This document shows positions 39,451 to 52,650 of a stretch of DNA of 64,000 nucleotides, in pieces. The stretch covers positions 1,941,339 through 2,005,338 of the forward strand of contig MU061538.1 in assembly GCA_013265495.1 (NCBI GenBank). The letters run 5' to 3'. How positions within the stretch are numbered: the first letter of the stretch is position 1; every line of letters starts with the position of its first letter. The position numbers were made by a program, and so were the translations under genes. The notes beneath the pieces were generated by a model. It was not told the DNA's origin. It ran no database searches and worked only from the letters and a program-made list of their open reading frames with translations. Source of the stretch: Vicugna vicugna. Its lineage: Eukaryota.

Positions 39451-40439
39451 AAAATGAAGATCAGAGAATCTCTGCTTTTTTCCTTATTTGTAAAAAGAAA
39501 CACATGCATTTAGAAAACATAGATGTAAAAATAAAGAAAATAAAAATGTTCTCAACTCCATCACCCAGCTAATTATTTATGTGTGCACGTGAGCCTTGCA
39601 CACCCACGTCTGTGTGCATATAAATTTCCACCTGTCTTCCCCTGTCCTGGACCAGCCTTTTCCCTCCATGTGCTGTGAGGTCCTTTCCATGGTGCTCAGT
39701 CTCGTTCTATGACACAGACCCAGTGGCTGCCAAGGATTTGCCTCATGATGTGTACACGTCACATTTATTTAATATCCCATGTTCAGTTATTTAGATTATT
39801 TTCAATTTTTTCAAATTATTGTGAACAAGGCGAAGGTGAATTTTGGTAGCCGAGTCTTAAGCAAATTTAAGAAAATTCCCTGTGGATGAATTTCCAGAAG
39901 CAGGAGTGCTGGGGACAGGTGTGTGTGAATCAGCCCCAGGTCCCATGGTGGCCCTCGTGGGCCAGGCATCTCTCCTGCCCGTCTGGGCGGGGTCCTTGCC
40001 CTCTGGGGAGGTCTTGGGGAGCCTTAGGTCCGATTACCCACGACGCTCTGAGTCTAGAACAGCTCCTGTCCTCTGGGGGCGATTTGGTGCCCAGGAAAGT
40101 TCTACCCCATTTGGCAAATTCCTTTGTCTTAGTCCAAGGACAACAGAACCAGGACCAACACCCCCCGCCACCTGGCACATTTCCCAAACCCTGGGCCGTG
40201 GGCCGGTCACCCGCTGGTGGTCAGAGCCCTGCCACATCCTGGCCCCCGTCTGGCCCGTGAGCACTCCGTTGCTCTAGTAATGGCAGTGCTGGTGGTGAAC
40301 GTGGGCACGGCCCTTTACAGTTTAAAGGTCCCTTCCATGGGCACCATTTGATGTTACCCCTGAGACAACCTGGTTCAGAAATAGAGTTATGTCTCCTCTT
40401 GCAGATGAAGAATCCAGGGCCTGGAGAGACACTTGTAAC

Positions 40440-40900
40440 CAGGGTCAGAGGCCAACGCGTCCCGACGGCAGGACCAGTGCCGCTCCCGCAGGCGCCCCGC
40501 GTTCCGACGCGGGGAGGCCCGCAGGAGCCCCCGGCAGCCCCGCGCGCACAGCCAGCAGCGGGGGGCTGCTTTCCAAGAGCAGGGCTTCGGGGGCAGCGCT
40601 GCGGGCTTGTCCACAGACGGCGTTTCTCGTAACGTCCATGACCGGGAAATGCGCTCAGTGGCGGGCAGAAGGAAGCAGCCCAGGGCGCGCTGTGCGGGCG
40701 GCGGGGGCTGAGCGCCGCCGGGGCCACGCCACCTCGCGCGGCCCTCGGAGGCTGGCGGGGCGTTCAGCTCCCTGAGGCCAGACGCGGCCGGGTGCCGGCG
40801 GCCAGCGCGGAGCCCACGTGTGCCAGCACGGCCAGACGTGGGGGGAGCCGCCCAGACACCGTCCTGCAGGGACCGGCTGCTCCGAACACCGACGGGTTAG
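40440..40900. promoter_or_regulatory. Small intergenic CpG-rich island
   Basis: Cluster of CGCG/GGCG motifs. Confidence 0.5.
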
Positions 40901-41065
40901 GGAGCCACCTCAGGCCAGGCTTCAGCTCCTCAGAGCCGTTTCACGAGTTCGCCTTTGCAACAGTGACGCTGTTCTCTGAACTTGCCTGTCCCCCTCTTTG
41001 CCTCACAGAGCCGCTCGCTGGTCCTTCAGCAAGTGTTCGCCCCCCACCCCCAACATCCCTCTAGG

Positions 41066-41502
41066 CAGGGCTTCTTAACCTCTTTTTAACGCCATGGAGC
41101 CTTTTGGCAGCCGCGGGAAGGCTGTGAGCCTGCTCTCCTTACACAGAGGTATTTAGATGCGTGAAATGAAGCACACGAGAGCTCCGGGAAACCAGTTAGA
41201 CTAAGACAGTTATACAATGCGTTTTAATCGTCATGTGTGCTTCTTTACTGATTTGTAAACTAACAGCGTCCAGCAGCAGGTCCGTCCCAGAGAAGAAGTG
41301 ATGTTATCTGCAGCAACTGTAACATGGTACAAAAATACCTGTGGTCTAAATCGGCAGCAGTGTCACGGGCACGGAATCCCGCTGCAGCATCACTACGTCT
41401 ATTTCACAATGGAAAGAACTGGTAAGCTCCAGCGAGAGATGCATTAGGAGAGCAAGGGCGGGCTTTCCCGCCCAAACTCACGGAACCCAGGTGAAGAGCC
41501 CC
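41066..41502. mobile_element. Charlie4-like hAT DNA transposon remnant
   Basis: Imperfect terminal inverted repeats cagggcttcttaacct ... aggtgaagagcccct; internal gccatggagccttttggcagc. Confidence 0.6.
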
Positions 41503-42456
41503 TTCCTGCCCTAAAGTCAGCAGAAACAAGCAATCCCGCTTAGAGCACAAATGAGACGCAGAGAGGCTCCTGGTCAGGGCCACACGGCGGCGGCTGGCCG
41601 GCGGGGCAGAGCCCCACTCGGGCTCCAGTCGGTCTAGCCCAACTTCTTCCCTCCTTTGCCTCCAGTCTTAAAGGAATACTCACCTGGGATTTCATCTTAA
41701 AATGCTTTCAAAACGATAATCAACTACATGTACGACTACTAGTGAAGCTACAAAAGTTCTCAAAGGCATTTTAGGAAACAGGAAAAGCTTTACGGCTAAT
41801 ACAAACCCAAACCCGAGCGCCATCACCAGCCTTACTGCACCAGGAGGGTTAGAAGATGCGCTTCATCCGCCCCAAACACCTCGGACTCCAGCTCCGAGTG
41901 CTGCTTTGGGGTGAGGGCGCTATGAAACGTGCTTAGATTTTTAAAAAATATTCACAGGTAAGTCAACTGCAAACTCCTCTTGTCTTATTTTGGACCCCTC
42001 CTCGGGTCCTGTGTTACCAGAATTCTTTACAAAAATAAAGCGCTCTGGGGGATGTGGGCCCCCCGAATAGGCTAATCTCAGACATTTTTAGTAACATACA
42101 CCAAAAAGAACGGGACAGCACGTGCTTATTTCTTCACCTAACTGATGGTCTAAGTGAAAAGGCCAGCAATTGGACTATTACTCCCCTTTCATGAACCAAA
42201 ATTCCCCTGAATTTACCCTTCCTGTCACTTGTTCTTACATCCCATGACGGCAGAGGGACTCATCGATGCACAGTCATCCCTCTTTACCCAAGACGCTCTG
42301 AGTGTCCCAGTGAGCTCTCAGGAGCCTGTCTTCCTCCCCCACATTCCCCTGGCATTCACCATCCTGCTCCCACCCCAAATCTACCATCTCCTCCCCAGCT
42401 CCTGCTCCAGGTGCCCTGGGCTTCATGAAACAAGATGGCTCCTAGTCTGCCTCCAG

Positions 42457-42526
42457 CTGCCCCCGTCCTCCCTGCATCTGCCTCTATCCTCCCTGCACCT
42501 GCCCCGTCCTCCCTGCATCTGTCCCC
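42457..42526. repeat. About 21-bp minisatellite (ctgcccc..tcctccctgca) x3
   Basis: Read directly from the sequence. Confidence 0.7.
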
Positions 42527-42699
42527 ATTCAGCTTCTCTCACAGCCTGAGTTCTGCCCTCTCTTGCTTCCTGTCCCATGTTTTTTTCTCTTCACTGTTGA
42601 CCCTTCCCTCTCTCTCAGCATTATTCCTGTTGCTTCTAAGTTTCTGGATCCCAGTATTCAAGTGTGACTGCATATTTGAAAAGCAGGCTGAATGTGTTA

Positions 42700-42950
42700 T
42701 GAAGTGATCACCACAATAAGTTTAGTAAATCCGTCACCTCCCTTTGTCATCACAGTTTTTTCCTTGTGATGAGCATTTTTAAGACTTGCTCTTCTAGCAA
42801 CTTTCTCACATGCAGTATGGTGCTGTTAACTACGGTCATCAGCTGTACATCACATCATTTTGCAGTGCAGACAAATGTTGAATCATTACATTGTACATTG
42901 AGACGAATACAATGTTCCATGCCAAGTATATCGCAACACAAATAAATACG
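42700..42950. mobile_element. Two abutting L1 3'-end fragments in opposite orientations
   Basis: 42700-42856 antisense (tgatcaccacaataagtttag...ttgtgatgag...tagcaactttc); 42857-42950 sense (atcattacattgtaca...aataaat). Confidence 0.55.
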
Positions 42951-45900
42951 TAGTAAACAAGAGGCAGTTGACTGGAAAGAGCCTGCAACGGAGGGACCCA
43001 GGAGCCCTCGGCCTCGGTGGTCAGCTTCCGTCCTCTCAGGGCGCTGGATGGCTGCTCAGCCCCTGTGATTGCTCCGCGGGCCTGTGGAGTTCCAGCCGCC
43101 GCTCTCTGCGATGATGCACAGAAGTACCTGTCGTGGTTGTTTGCGGTCCTTAACCCTGCAGCTCGCTCTCCCCACTCTGCCCTGTCCTGTCTGCTTGCTT
43201 CAGTCATGTTTCTGTCTGTGCACCCCCTGCCCTCCCTCCAGTGCTCACACCACGTCCCAGGAGCCCCCAAAGCCTCACATGGCCTTTCCGTGCCCTCATC
43301 CTTGCTCGGATGCTGACCAGCCGCGCCACTCCCCTTCCACCCCCTCCTCTCTCATCCTATCAGCTCCTTCTTGTTACCGACTCCCCTTCTGCTCTCCTAG
43401 CCTTTGTTGGGTCGTCTTTTCCCTTTTGTTTCTGTGGGTTCTGTAGACTGTTTGCACATTAAAAAAAAAATTTCCTTCTTCCGCGTTAGCCCTTTCTGTC
43501 CTGCTGTATCTCGGCGCACAGCCGTGTTTCCTGCAGCCCGCGGAGGATGCCTGAGGCCAGCCATGGCAACCGTCGAAGGGATGGGCAGCGCTGGACGGCC
43601 TGGGATCAGCCCGTTCCAAGCCTCAGCTTCACCTCCTTCCTGGAGGAGGGGCCAGAAGGAGCAGCCCGGGACTCGCAGAGGGAAAGGAAGCCGGTTCTGG
43701 ACACCCAGCCCCGGTCCAGGTGTTCAGGCCGCCCTCCCTCCGGGCTGCCGTCTCTGGGAACCGTCGGGCGGAGGGGAGTGTGGTGGGGGAACAGCTCTTT
43801 GCTCCTCAGTGACCTGTGTTGCTAAAAATTAGCAAACAACTGTAAGCAAATGAAAAATAACTCCTTAACGCAAGATAGAAGAGAAACAGTCCTGGAGCAA
43901 TCCCAGCACCAGGGTGAAGCTCAGGCTGGCCCGGGGGCCGCGTCTGTCCTCCACATTAGCACTTTCTGACGTGCTTCCTTCTCGGAACAGCTCAGGCCCC
44001 TGAAGTCTGAGCCTTTCCCCTGACTTCCCGCACATGTTTTGTAGACCCATGGTCCCCACCGGGCCCTGCGGGCAGGGGCAGGGCACGTCCTGGTTCCAGG
44101 TCCTGATTAGAAATTTAAAAGAGCCGCTGTGGTGAGAGCAGATGCCCCATCACTCCCTGGGACGCGCCCCCTTTCTCCCTGGGCCCCAGCTCTTCCCACC
44201 TTTCAGGACGCAGACACAGAGAAGTCAGCCGAGCGTGCAGGCCAGGCGGCCCCTGGGCCCGGGGCCTGGGAGTGGCCCCTTCACCCTTTGCCTTCTGGTG
44301 GCTCCTGAACCATGAAGTCCTGGTCAGTGGTGCTCAGGACAACCCCCGGGGGTGAGGGGCGGGCCAGGGGCTGGGACCGGGGGTGGGGGGGCTGCTCCCA
44401 GACTGACGCTTCCTGTTCCAAGGAGCCTCCTTCCCGGCTTCCTGGTGGCTGACCCGGGTTGTGATGGGAATTGCCCATGAGAACAGCCAGTGACTCTCAG
44501 GAGCAGAACGCTGTCCGGTCACCACAGCCCCTGCCATGTGCGAGAAGCAGCAGGGGCGCCTGGGTGAGGCCTCATTCTTCCCTCCCGAGGAGGACAGTCA
44601 CGGTCTGAGCACAAGCAAGCCTGTCCCATCCGCCACCAGGCTCCGCTCTGCCCGTCCACCTCTGCCGCCTCCCTCAGCCTTGTTTCTTGGGATTCTACAC
44701 TGAAGCCTTAATGCCCGGTGCAGACCCCTAGCCCCTCTCTCCTGGCCTCTCAGAGGCCACCTCCCTCCAATCTGTCCTTGTCTGCTGCAGACGAGCCTCC
44801 AGAGCATCCTCTCTCACCACGGCTCCTGGATGTTGTCCACTCAAGTCAGGGCCCCTCTGCCACCTTCAGTGCCACCTTCAATGCCCAGCTTCTTGGTCCA
44901 GCGGGGCGGTGCTGACTGTCCCTAGGGATGCCTGCAGTCCCCCTCCCAGGCCTCGCTGGCCCTGCTGGAATCTGTGCCCCCACTTCCACATGCACAGTCA
45001 CCCTGCCAGGATCCCTGCAGTTGGGTGCTCCCCGGCAACGGGACAAAAACCGGGGAAACGTACAGGGGCACGTAGCTCAGGGAAGCGCTGGTCTGGGCCG
45101 GAGGCCTGCGCAGCGTCCCACGCAGGAACGTGCACGCACGCATCCTCCCTCCCGAGGACCAGTGTTGCTGGACCCCAGGAGCCGGCCGTCCCGCTGCTCC
45201 TCCCATCCCCGGCCGGGGCCCTGTGCCGCAGGGGCTGGGGGCCGGGCGGCTTCGGGCAGCCCTCCGCTCTGTTGCCTTCCCAGGGAAGTGGGGGTGCCCG
45301 TTGTCCCTCTCAGGGCTGCAGAGGGGATGAAATGCAGTGAGAATCATCAGAGTCCTCTGGCAGAGAAAGGCCCGGCGGATGGGAGCATCTCGCCGCTGTT
45401 CTGAGTCTGGGTTGGGGCTGCAGCGAAGCAGCCGGACCCCAGGGGGCAGGGAGCCCAGTCCGCGGGGAGCAGAGAAAGGTCAGTGGTGGGAAGACAGGGA
45501 CAGAGAGCGCTGTCCCCACTCCAGGCACAGAGCTGGCGTTGGCTACGCCTTGTGGAGGACGAGGGGCTGGCACTGGGGGCTGAGCCAGGTCAGCGGTCCC
45601 ACCCTCTGACCACAGAGCCCTGGACAGGGACCTACAAATCTTTACTTCGCCAATCAGCCCTACGGACTAAGTCGCATGTATCGGGGCGTGCAGCCCAGCC
45701 CAGAACGACTCCCCCTCCGATTGCATGGCTTCACCTGTGCCGCTGGGGTGGCTGCTGGGCCAGGCCGTTTCCTGGCTTGTGCGCTGAGGAGGGGCCTTGA
45801 GACTAAACCCTCTAAGGGGCTGTGAGTGGAGAGACTGCTCACTCCTGGGCTGCACTCTCCCCTGGGCCACACTGGGAGGAAACTCAGAGCCTGGACCAGG

Positions 45901-46254
45901 CAGATGGAGAGAAGCCCCCAGGTGGGAGCAGAGCCACGCCGTCCAGCACATCAGCCCCAGGGGCAGTCCACTTACATGGGTTAAAATTCAGGTCCTCCGT
46001 TGCACTGGCCATGCTGTAAACGTCCAGCAGCCGCATGGGCGAGCGGCGACCATGTTGGCCGGCGCACACTGGGACATCTTCGCACGCACGGCACTGGGGA
46101 GGGGCGTGGGTTTCCAAACGCTCCCTGGGGACAAAGCGGCCCCATCCTCCAGGTCTTGTTCACTGCAGAGGCGTGCCATGAGGGAAGACTTAGCTTCGTG
46201 CTCTTTGCAGAACACACTGTGTTTGGAGGCCTCTTTGTGGCAGCACTTTGCTTT

Positions 46255-46312
46255 ATGTGTACATACATGTGTGTGTGTGCATGTGTGTGTGTGTGTGTAC
46301 ATATGTGTGCAC
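46255..46312. repeat. Imperfect (TG)n tract
   Basis: Read directly from the sequence. Confidence 0.8.
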
Positions 46313-49300
46313 ACAGATATAATGTACACAGATATAAATTACACCTCAAATACATGTAGGTGCTGATGTGACTGACAAAACGTCATTTAGAAGCCCCACG
46401 GAACTGACAGCAGTTTTTTCTTGTCTGTGTTTTCTCAGAAAGTACTAAAACCGTAACTACCATCGGGTTATGGATCTGAAGTCTTTGAACGTTGAAGAGG
46501 CCCTTTTACCTGGCATGGCTGGAAATCACTGACCCACGCCAGAAGGATGAGGAGGCATGGGGAGGAAATGGAGTGTGAGTTCTCACGAGCTGGCGCAGGA
46601 GTCCATGGGCACAGCGGGGCTATGGCTGCCTGTCAACTCGGGGGACAGACCTGGCTCTCGGGGCAGATGATCCCCTGAACAGGGGAGGCAAACAGGGCAT
46701 CCAGGTGTCTGGCCTGGGTGTGCAGTCAGCCATCCAACGACAGAGTGGAGAAAGCAGCGTGAATGGGGAAAGCCAGGTGGAGACAGACGACCCAGGCTCA
46801 CATGCTGGGCCGCGGCGGACTCCAGATTCAGACCCAGAGCCTGACCTTGACCTCCGCAGAGGCAGCGGGTGGGGGAACGTGCTCGCCACCACACGGTGAA
46901 CCCTCCCGGAACCTCGGGTCTCCCTCTCCTCCTGCTGCTTCTGTTCAGGTGGTCAAATTACAGGCAATTGTGCTCTCAGCTGTCTGATGTGTGAACACAT
47001 CCCCTGGGAATTGCCAGCAACAGCCAAGAAATTAATTTTGCTGAAGTCACCCAGCACCTTTTGCTAAGTGGTGAAAATTCCCAGGCCTCCCTGTGCCTCA
47101 GTGACGGGGACCCCTGAGCCGTATCCCCACCTGCAGGCCTGGAACCCCAGGAGCCAGTGTCTTTGGGTCAAAGGACCCGGCATGTGACCGACAGCCTCAG
47201 AAGAACCCGCTCCTTGACCCCTTGTTCAGGGTTCCAGCAACCTGACTGGGGCAGGGGGCAGCCGGGAAGGCCCCTCCCACAGCAGGCGGTGGGGCCCCGG
47301 GGTGGGGGCTGGAGGCCAACGGATCAGGTCTGAGTTCTCTGAACTTCTTGGAGTAATTGTGACCTTAGAAGACAGACAACCCAGGGAGGGGTGGGCTATG
47401 AGCGAGTGAGGCGGGGAAGGGGCTTCCAGAGAGGGTGGGCCGGCCCCCAGGGGAAGCATCAGACCCCGGGTGGGAGGGGAGTTCAGAAGAGCCCGGATGT
47501 GTTGCTTGTAAAGGATGGCTGGCCACACAGGAAGCTAAAATAACTGCTGGCTTCCTAAAGCCAAGGGACACCCAGTGGGTCACCGAGGGAGGAGCTCTGG
47601 TCAGGTGAACCTCACAGGTTGGCCGGTTTCCATTATACCTGTGCCTAAAGGCAGGTGTTGGCTGTGACAACCTGGAGCCCAGAGGGCAAAGGGCCTTGCT
47701 CTCCCGAGGTGGAAATGGGTTCCTAGGGAACCAGTGACAAGGGGAGTGACCCCACGGGCCGGTGGCTGGACCAACGGACACAGGAGACCCTGAAAGTCAC
47801 CACTAGACCAGCATGGAGCCAATGGAGCCCCAGTGCACCCTGTGGCATATCTCATAGCAGGGGGCATCATGCTTTGGGGAGGAAAGGCATGCCCTGACCC
47901 TCCGTGGGGCTCGCAGTGGTGGGTGGGACAGCAGAGCGGAGACAGTGGAGACCAGAAACCCCAGAGGAGTTATTCGGACACTAACATGTCCTGAGAGGAA
48001 TAGCCAACAAGCTCTAATCCAGCACTGAGCTGGCAGGTCGGAGCCAGGGTTGGGATGGAAAGAGGGAAGGGAGGGGCCTGGAAGGGCCTGGACTGTGTCT
48101 GCCTCTGCTGGGCCCCATCCTGCATCCCCACCCTGCAGGCCTCCCCCACCAGGACCCTGGTTTTCCACGAGTGCCTCCTGGAAGGAGCTGGCCCACCCCT
48201 AGCTATGGGGAGGGCCCTGATTTGGTGAGCCAGTCACCATGTCACCTGGTCCTTGGCTCAGGAAAAGCCCACGACCCAATTTGAGCCAGTGAGGCATGAA
48301 GAAATGTTCACTGGGAGCCTCTGGGAAGGATCCTCTCTCTCTCAAAGGGTGGGACCCAGGTATGGAGATCCCTTCTCCTCTAGGTGTGAACCAGGAAGCT
48401 TGAGGCCCCCCTTTTGGCCAGAAGCAAGCTTGTACCCGTGCAGAGAGAAAGCCTTAGCACGGAGCTAACACCTAGGAAGGCAAAGAGAGAGACAAAGGTG
48501 AACGGTCCTAGTTTTACTGGTGAGCCTTGGTCAGACCTTACCTGAAGCCATCCTGCTGCTCGACTTCGGGAGTTGTCTAAGCCAGGCTGTCTTACCATTC
48601 TTCTGTTCCTTGTGACTGAAGGCAGCCTAACCGGCACAGCTGTAAATCCATCGTACGTCAAGTGACACCAACAGGTTGGAGAAAGGAAGGGTCTCGTGTT
48701 TGTAACGATGTATGAGGTGCTGCCGTGATCAATGCACTTTAAAGCATTACTTAGTTTGTCACCGTGTTTTCCCTCTATGGACATTCTCAGTGAGCAGACG
48801 GTAAAGAATGGTGACCATCATTCCGTGGCCCTCACTCTCGGATGTTTAGAAAAGCTCTCCTGCTGCTGGTGGGAGTCGACCAGACCAAGAAAGACAGTTC
48901 GAGTTTGCACAGGAGGAAAAACAGTGACCCTCTTCCATTTTTCAGAATCGTATCCAGCTTTGATTTCTTCTCTCCTTCCCCAGAGCTGGAGACCCTGTGG
49001 GCTCAGCTGGGAGCAGGCCTGGGGCACCAGCCTGGCAAGTGTGTCCTGGGTGCTGCCTTGGATGCCTGGGTCCAGTTGTCAGTCCTAACACCCCCACCCC
49101 AGCCCTGCTGGCCCATGGTCATCCAGCCCTGGTTCTGGTCCTAGAAGCAGGGAGCTGCCCACACACTCACAACACGCCCTCGGGTGTGCACCCACAGGCA
49201 CGTGCAACCACACGTGAGCGCGCACACACAGGCTCACGGGCATGCCCGCGTACACGCACGCATCACGTGGGCTGTACACACACAGGCTCCACACTGACCG

Positions 49301-52120
49301 AGCAGACTCACACACACACGTGTGGGCGTGCACAGCCACACATGTGCACACATGGGCTGCACCAGCTAGACCCTCAGCAAAGGCCTGTGAGGGGCTGCTT
49401 CTCCGCTCACCGCTCATGGGAGCCTCCGGCCGCCCTCCCCGCAGCCGCCCATTTCACACGCTGGGCAGACGGCTGTCGGGTCTTATGAAAACTCCAGGAC
49501 TTTCTCTGCCTCTCTAGGATATTTCAACTGTTTCTGAGAGATAGTATTCTTGTATTCAAGAAAGGCCTGACTGAGGAGTCGGAAAATCCAAACCGTCCTC
49601 AAAGGCTGTCATGGGGTGGGGCTCCCCAGGCGGTGCCGAGCAGGGGGGCTGCTCCGGCTTCTGGGAAGGGAGGAGGCAGCGGGGGCTGGGGAGATGCTGG
49701 GCTGTGATGCAGTCACAGTGATGGCCCCAGACGACTCCCTGGGGCCCTAGAGCCCGCCCGGCCCTTTAGGGGTGCCCAGGATGTGGGGGGGTGCCCTAAG
49801 CTGGGTGCACAGTTTCAGGGATTCTTTTGATCATGTCTCAGGGAACATCATTAGCAAAGCTCATCATGAGGCTGGGGCAGATAACAAGGGTCAAAAAGAA
49901 GTCTCACCACCCAAACACAAAAGGGCCTTGTAGAGCGGGCTCCCCTGGGGCTCAGCCTCAGAGCATGGGAGTCACTGCCGCGTCCAGCCTCAGTCACGTC
50001 CGGACGGCTGTTCTGAGAAGTCACGTCTGCCTTGGCCGCCCCGCAAAGAGCACGTGGTGCAGCAGGGGTGGCTTCTGTGCTGGGCAACAGAGACGAGCTG
50101 CGCAGGTGATCTGACGATCCGGTTGTAAACACCTCCAAGGGCCTAGAATTTGAACCGGAATCGGGCGTAAGCCTGGCATGGAATTTAAAATAGAAACCGG
50201 GATGGGGTGATCAATGAAAGCCCTCCAGAAGTCAGCCCCCAAATCCCAGACGTGGGCAGGGAAGGAGTTTGAAAGAGGCTGTTTCCTTTGGCTGTTCCCA
50301 GTGTAGCACAGGAACACAGCACCACGGAGGTCTGCAGAACCCAGAGGCTCCCGGGCCCACGAGTCAACTGCCGTTCGGCTGACTGGGGGTGGGCTCAGCT
50401 GGGTGGCTGTGCTGTGGGGCGGTTCCAGGTCTGCATCGCGGGGTTCAACTGGAGTCCAGGCTACCTGGAGACCCGCGGCTGAAGGAAGCCAGTACTCTGC
50501 CAACATTTATTTCATTGCCCAAAGCTCACTATCTAAGTGGTGGGCGTGCACTGCATGCAAGGAGAGGGAGGGAGAGGGGAGCGAACATTTGCTGAAAAAT
50601 AACCCTATCAAGAGACCTAGGCGGTGTCTTCTGTTACGGTGACTTTTGTTCGTCTTACGTTTAAATTAACATAAGATGCTGGCAGCTGTTCCTCCTTTAC
50701 CTCTTCTTTTCCCATGGTCTCCCAGCCTTTTCCACCAGGGCTCCCACTGATGCCTTTGTGCAAACTAGAGAAAGTCTTCCCCTCTGAGCCGTCACAGATT
50801 CCACATGCACAATGTTTAGGGTGCGACCTGTTGCCTCCCCAGTCCTACCCATGCCTGTCCTCACATGCCGGTGCCAGGCGACCATCACCGGGGTCACTCC
50901 TTTGGAGTAGCCACACCTCTGCCTGCCCGATGACCTGCTTTAAAGTGTGATGACTGCTGGAGAATAAATCTCCAGTCTGTCGTTGCCAACGCAGTGGCTT
51001 CGGACATGACCTGTGCACTCTGTGCCTCACTGACGCCTTCCCAGTGACAGGACTCAGCTCACCGGGCTGCAGTGAGGTCATCACGGGGAGCGCTTGGAGA
51101 CGTCTGGGGAAATCTCCCGCTGCGGCGATGGGAGGGTCGGGATCCAGGGTCCACAGGCCTGAAGGGGCCAGGGGACGGAAGCCGGGCAGAGCCGCGAGCA
51201 GGGAGGGCCTTCGAGGCTGATGTGCGGCCAGTCCTGGGAGAAGGCGCAGGGCAGGGGCCTCCATCTCGTGCTTCTCCCACGCGTTGCAGTCAGAGAAGCT
51301 TCTGTGCTTCTCTGCCTCGAGCAGCACGAGCCCACACGGGGCTGGTGCGTCGCATGGTGGTGACGCGTTTCCTTGTTCTCCGCGCTGGCGTCTCGCAGTC
51401 TCGCCAAGAGGACTCGAGCTCCCGGTGTGAGAAGCTCAGTCCAGGATCCACTTGTCCGCTCCCTGTGAACTAGAGTCACCTGCAGAGGAAGTTAGCAAGG
51501 CGAGAAAAGCGTCGGCAGTGACAGCAGCTCCGTGTAGCAGGTGCGCTCAGAGCCCGGAGAGGCTCGGGAACGGCCAGGCGCCCGGTGGGACCCCGGCACC
51601 GCAGGGACGGGAGCGCCTGCCTCCACCAGAACGCCCTCTGCGCCGGGCTGGGCTCTGCAGGCCTCGCGTCGGCAGCGCAGGTGCTTCCCATGAGCCTGCG
51701 CAGCAGCTCCTCCACTTTATTCTCTCCGGGTCTCAGATGAGGACACCAAGGCAGAGAGGGGAAAGGAACTCTCACGACATGGTGACAGTGTGCTGTGCAT
51801 CTCTGCAGCCCCCGCAGCTGACCAGGCACCTCCGTGGGACTTGTTCTGCGGGAGAGACAGTGTCTTGCTGGGTCACACGGAGGCTGAAGTCAGGGGTCGC
51901 GTCACTGATGCCACAGATGAGCAGAGGAAGTGGAGAGGCTGGTGAGTGAAGCACAAGCGCTCACAGGGACCCACTGTGCGCTCACTGCCGGGGGCCGCTG
52001 CGTGGCTCTGCTCCTGACTCTTCCATGGAGGGAACAACAGGGTCCATGTGGTGGGAGGGGGCGACGGGGCCCTACTGGGAGACGGCGTGAGGGAATCCAC
52101 GTTACATACAGAGTCCTGGC

Positions 52121-52650
52121 TGCACTACGTCAAATAGTGTCCCCCAAAGTCATGTCCATTCATAAGTCTGAACATGATCGTATTTAGAAATAGTCTTTGC
52201 AGGAAGGAGGGTAGAGCTCAGTGGTAGAGCGCATGCTTAGCGTGCACGAGGCCCTGGGTTCAATCCCTGGTACCTCCACTTAAAAAAAGAAAAAAGAAAA
52301 GAAGAAAGAGTCTTTGCAGACGAAACCAAGTGATGATGAGGTCACACTGAATTCAGGTGGGCATAAACCCAGTATGACTGGTGTCCTGTAACAGCGGGAA
52401 TTTGGGCACAGATATGCACGTAGGGGAAGGCCATGTGAGCAAGAGACAGAGCTTGAGAGCCAAGGAGCCCCCGGGGTGACAGCCCGAAGCTGGAAGGGGT
52501 GAGGGACAGACCCTCTCTTGGAGTCCCAGAAGGAACCAACCATGCCGACACCGTGATTTTTGATTTTCAGTCTCCAGCACTGAGATCAAAATCCCTATTG
52601 TTTTAAGCCCCGGGTTTGCCTGGCCTTGTCACGGCAGCCTTGGGAAGATG
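52121..52650 (+). mobile_element. MLT1-like MaLR LTR interrupted by a SINE
   Basis: aaatagtgtcccccaaa...gatgaggtcacactg...atgactggtgtcct...tctccagcactgaga...ttgttttaagcc. Confidence 0.7.
52203..52302 (+). mobile_element. Short tRNA-derived SINE with 17-bp TSD
   Basis: tRNA-like head plus A tail; TSD agaaa(t/g)agtctttgcag at 52186-52202 and 52303-52319. Confidence 0.85.
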
